Of a stretch of 64,000 nucleotides of DNA, positions 60,610-64,000 are shown piece by piece. How positions within the stretch are numbered: the first letter of the stretch is position 1; every line of letters starts with the position of its first letter. The translations under genes were made by a program, and so were the position numbers. The DNA lies in contig CAVWHY010000002.1 in NCBI GenBank assembly GCA_963754955.1, forward strand, positions 14,674 to 78,673. The letters are read 5' to 3'. This DNA is from an uncultured Acidobacteriota bacterium (GTDB lineage Bacteria; Acidobacteriota; Vicinamibacteria; Vicinamibacterales; CAVVIG01). The notes under the pieces were generated by a model. The model ran no database searches and was not told the origin of the DNA. It saw only the letters and a list, made by a program, of their open reading frames with translations.

Positions 60610-62235
60610 ATGCCTGACATGCGACGTTACCGCTCTCTGTCCATCGTCGTGTCCGCGATCGCCGTTTCCGCGCTGGTCGGCGGGTTCTTCGGCAAGAGCC
60701 TGCTCGCCGACGACAAGGTGCCGGATCACTACAAGGCGTTCACGGCCGCGCTGAGCGCCATCGAATCCGGCTACATCGACAAGATCGATTCGGATCGCCT
60801 GGTGTACGGCGCGGTGCGGGGCATGCTCTCGACGCTCGATCCGCACTCGAGCTTTTTCGATCCGCGCGAGTACGCGCAGATGCGCGAGCGGCAGGAAGGG
60901 CACTACTACGGCATCGGGATCCAGATCAGCGCGGTCGACGGCGACATCATCGCGCAGTTCGTGTTCGAGGGATCGCCGGCGTACAAGCAGGGCGTGCGGC
61001 AGGGCGACGTCATCGCGAACATCGCGGGCGAAGGCACGAAGGGCTGGAACACCGATCAGGCGATGAAGAAGCTTCGCGGCGCGCGCGGCACGCCGGTGCA
61101 GATTTCACTGCGCCGCCGCGGCTACGCGCAGGTCATCAACGTGGAGCTCGTCCGCGACGAAATCACCATCCCCACCGTTCCCGCGTTCTTCATGATCGAC
61201 GCGACGACGGGTTACGTGCAGCTGCGCGACTTCGGCGAGAACACCGATCGCGACTTGCGTCGCGCGCTGCAGGCGCTCGCGCCCAAAGGGATGCGCCGGC
61301 TGCTGCTCGACATCCGCAACAATCCGGGCGGGCCGCTCGACCAGGCCATCAAGGTCGTCAACGAGTTCATGCCGCGCGGCAAGATGATCGTCTACACACG
61401 AGGGCGCGTCTCCAACTCCGACCAGGATTATCGCGCGACCGAAGACGGTCAGTTCACCGACATCCCGATCGTCGTCATGGCGAACCGCAGCAGCGCGAGC
61501 GCGTCGGAGATCGTCACCGGCGCCCTGCAGGATCACGACCGCGCCTACGTCGTCGGCGAAACGACGTTCGGCAAGGCGCTCGTGCAGTCCATCTACCGCA
61601 TCAGCGGCGGGGCGGGCCTCGCGCTCACCACCGCGCACTACTACACCCCGAGCGGGCGGCTCATCCAGCGGCCGTGGGACGCGAGCTTCGACGAGTACCT
61701 CACGTACACGATGCGCGATCAGGACGCGAACAAGGCGCACAACCCGAGCGATCTGAAGCACACAGATGCGGGACGGCCGGTGTACAGCGGCGGCGGCATC
61801 GAGCCCGACAAGCGTGTGGCCGGCCCGCTTGAAGGGTTCGACCCGACGCGGTTCGGCAGGGGCCTGAGCGGTCGCGGATCGTTCGCCGCCTATGCGGCAA
61901 AGTTCACCGCCGAGGGCGACACGCGCGTGGCCCAGCCGTCGACCGGCCGCAAGACGGTCAAGCCAAACTTCGTCGTCGACGACGCGATGGTCGCGGACTT
62001 CCGCGAGCAGCTGAAAGCCGATCACGTCCGCATCGACGAGGAGGCGTTCAAGAAAGATCTGGAGTTCATCACGGCGATGCTTCGGTTCGAGATCGATCGC
62101 GCGTTGTTCGGCGTGGCTGAAGCACGCCGCCACCTGATCGAGGTCGATCCGCAGGCGCGCGTCGCCCTCACCATGTTCGGCGAGGCACAACGGTTGTCCG
62201 ACTTGTCGCGGACGCCCGCCAAGGCCGCACACTAA
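60610..62235 (+). CDS. ctpA: Carboxyl-terminal processing protease (S41 family, PDZ domain)
   Basis: ..LDPHSSFFDPREY..YYGIGI..; PDZ ..GSPAYKQGVRQGDVI..; catalytic ..LDIRNNPGGPLDQA...SASASEI..GAL.D. Start 60610 or 60619 (track 60583). Confidence 0.88.
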   Translation: MPDMRRYRSLSIVVSAIAVSALVGGFFGKSLLADDKVPDHYKAFTAALSAIESGYIDKIDSDRLVYGAVRGMLSTLDPHSSFFDPREYAQMRERQEGHYYGIGIQISAVDGDIIAQFVFEGSPAYKQGVRQGDVIANIAGEGTKGWNTDQAMKKLRGARGTPVQISLRRRGYAQVINVELVRDEITIPTVPAFFMIDATTGYVQLRDFGENTDRDLRRALQALAPKGMRRLLLDIRNNPGGPLDQAIKVVNEFMPRGKMIVYTRGRVSNSDQDYRATEDGQFTDIPIVVMANRSSASASEIVTGALQDHDRAYVVGETTFGKALVQSIYRISGGAGLALTTAHYYTPSGRLIQRPWDASFDEYLTYTMRDQDANKAHNPSDLKHTDAGRPVYSGGGIEPDKRVAGPLEGFDPTRFGRGLSGRGSFAAYAAKFTAEGDTRVAQPSTGRKTVKPNFVVDDAMVADFREQLKADHVRIDEEAFKKDLEFITAMLRFEIDRALFGVAEARRHLIEVDPQARVALTMFGEAQRLSDLSRTPAKAAH

Positions 62236-62244
62236 GAGGTGTAG

Positions 62245-62288
62245 CGTCCGCCTTCAGGCGGACGTCGTCCGGCCGGCTGAAGCCGGCC
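62245..62288 (+). terminator. Two tandem GC hairpins after ctpA (REP-like family A, inverted copy of 16441-16489)
   Basis: cgtccgcc-ttca-ggcggacg (62245-62264) and ggccggc-tgaa-gccggcc (62271-62288). Confidence 0.5.
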
Positions 62289-62521
62289 GCTATGGTTCGT
62301 TCAGCAGAGCCGATTGGGGCAAGTAACCACAACGAATAGGGCATCAGATTGCCCTTGCCCCAATACATAGGCCTTGCTACACTGGCGACCGCTTGGCGGC
62401 TCGGGGCCGCCTTCCGACTTTCGGAAGGCGAAGTAGCCGCAGAATCGGTCGCGTTGTCATTCTGTCACCCAGCCAGATTTCCGCACATTGAGGCATCCGT
62501 GTCGATGCCGTGGTGTCCACC

Positions 62522-64000
62522 ATGCGTCTCGAACGTCTAGAGATCAACGGGTTCAAATCGTTCTCCGATCGCTCGGAGCTGGCCTTCGACAAGGGCGTGA
62601 CCGCCATCGTCGGCCCGAACGGGTGCGGCAAGAGCAACGTCGCCGACGCCATCACGTGGGTGATGGGCGAGCAGAGCGCCAAGAGCCTGCGCGGCGAGCG
62701 CATGGAAGACGTGCTCTTCAGCGGCAGCGATGCGCGCAAACCGACGGCGTCGGCCGAAGTCCGGCTGCGTTTCAGCGGCGTGCTGAAAAGCCTCACGGGG
62801 CCCGCGCTGCCAGGCCTCGACGATGCCGCCCCGCACGAGAACGGACACGCCGGCAACGGTCACCACGGGAACGGCCATAACGGCAATGGCCACAACGGCA
62901 ACGGGCATCACGGCAATGGGGCGAACGGCAACGGCCACGAACCGGTTCCCTTCGTCGCGACGCCGATCGCGCGCGAGGATGCGGTGCTCACGCGCGCGGA
63001 GGCCGAGGAGCTGATTCAGTCGGTGGCGCGCGAAGTGGAAGTGACGCGTCGTCTGTACCGATCGGGCGAGAGCGAGTACCTGATCGACGGCCAGGTCTGC
63101 CGCCTGCGCGACGTGCACGAACTGCTGATGGATACGGGCCTCGGCGCGAAGGCCTATGCCATCATCGAGCAAGGCAAGATTGGCCTCATTCTGAGCTCGA
63201 GGCCGACCGATCGTCGCCAGCTGATCGAGGAAGCGGCCGGCGTGACCCGCTACAAGTCCCGGCGTCGCTCGGCGGAGCTCAAGCTCGAAGCGGCGCGTCA
63301 GAACCTGACGCGCATTGACGACATCGTGTTCGAGGTGGAAAAGCAGCGCGGGACGCTGAAGCGGCAGGCCGGCAAGGCGAAGCGGTACCAGAAGCTTCGC
63401 GACGAACTGCGGCGCTGCGAAAAGGTCCTCCTGGCGCGCAAGTATCGGCAGCTCGCCGAGACGATCGCGACGGCGCGCGCGCAGCTCTCGGAGGCCCGGG
63501 TGCGCGAGTCGGCCGCGACCGCGCAGGTCGCCGAAGTCGAATCCAACCTGAGCCGGCTGCGCATCGAGTTGGTCGAAGCCGAGTCGCATTCCACCTCCAC
63601 GCGCGAGGCGGCCCATGCGTGCGAGCTGACCATCAACCGCCAGCAGCAGCAGATCGCGTTCGACGACGAGCAGGCCCGGACGCTCGACGCGCGCGTCGCG
63701 GCCGTCGTGGCCGAGGCGGCAGCGCTCGAGGCGCGCCGCGAGCCGGCTCGCGCCGCACTCGAGGCGCGGCGGGTGGCCGCGATCGACGCCAACGCCGAAC
63801 GCGACCGCGCGGCGGCGATGCTCGCGGCCGGCTCCGACGCCTACGATTCGGCGCATCGCGAGATCGAAGGGCTCGAAGCGGACGTTGAAGCGGCGCGCAG
63901 CGAGGTGTTCTCCGCGATCAACTCCGCAACCGCCCTGCGACACGCGCTCGAACACGCGGCCGCCACGCGGGACCGAGTCGGCGAGACGCTCTCGAAGCTC
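62522..64000 (+). CDS. smc: Chromosome partition protein Smc, N-terminal 493 codons (3' end outside window)
   Basis: MRLERLEINGFKSFSDRSELAFDKGVTAIVGPNGCGKSNVADAI.WV.GEQSAK.LRG; then coiled coil. Open to the window end, so absent from the ORF track. Confidence 0.92.
   Translation, partial: MRLERLEINGFKSFSDRSELAFDKGVTAIVGPNGCGKSNVADAITWVMGEQSAKSLRGERMEDVLFSGSDARKPTASAEVRLRFSGVLKSLTGPALPGLDDAAPHENGHAGNGHHGNGHNGNGHNGNGHHGNGANGNGHEPVPFVATPIAREDAVLTRAEAEELIQSVAREVEVTRRLYRSGESEYLIDGQVCRLRDVHELLMDTGLGAKAYAIIEQGKIGLILSSRPTDRRQLIEEAAGVTRYKSRRRSAELKLEAARQNLTRIDDIVFEVEKQRGTLKRQAGKAKRYQKLRDELRRCEKVLLARKYRQLAETIATARAQLSEARVRESAATAQVAEVESNLSRLRIELVEAESHSTSTREAAHACELTINRQQQQIAFDDEQARTLDARVAAVVAEAAALEARREPARAALEARRVAAIDANAERDRAAAMLAAGSDAYDSAHREIEGLEADVEAARSEVFSAINSATALRHALEHAAATRDRVGETLSKL

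Noticed and set aside
62380-62470. A possible SRP (4.5S) RNA or other small RNA upstream of smc, suggested by the GGAAGG-containing hairpin gccttccga-ctt-tcggaaggc.
   Set aside because: It is only a simple perfect hairpin. The conserved SRP domain IV asymmetric-loop sequence and the 5'/3' closing helix are absent. It is more likely part of the smc leader or a REP-like element.

Overview
High-GC (about 67%) bacterial chromosomal window. Gene content fits a Gram-negative with sigma54-dependent type IV pili; an Acidobacteriota- or Myxococcota-like lineage is inference only. 1-16.4 kb: end of fusA, then the complete S10-spc-alpha ribosomal protein cluster (rpsJ to rplQ, with secY, adk, map, infA, rpmJ, rpoA). 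16.5-25.4 kb, minus strand: marR, Yip1-like, HlyD adaptor, two FtsX/MacB-type permeases, an EF-G2 paralogue and a MATE pump. 25.5-27.1 kb: pyruvoyl arginine decarboxylase and an OM beta-barrel. 27.1-36.0 kb: pilB-pilT-pilC-pilS-pilR and two tandem near-identical pilin genes with sigma54 promoters. 36.0-42.8 kb: secreted hypothetical, two NHL propellers, DsbA/FrnE, an MmgE/PrpD-family gene and a VKOR-DsbA fusion. 42.9-52.3 kb: ABC ATPase and ABC-2 permease, pilD, a second histidine kinase, three minor pilins and a second sigma54 regulator. 52.3-64 kb: aroB, nadB, proS, HEAT protein, OmpA-like protein, tatC/tatA, ctpA and the 5' part of smc. Two things stand out. (i) At least 12 short-period (7- or 8-nt) tandem-repeat arrays or hairpins make up whole intergenic spacers, mostly inside the ribosomal operons, and one lies in-frame inside nadB. 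(ii) About 50 reading-frame disruptions, almost all +1 insertions, hit essential genes; consensus or assembly error is the simplest explanation. No rRNA, tRNA, CRISPR array, transposase or phage gene was recognised.
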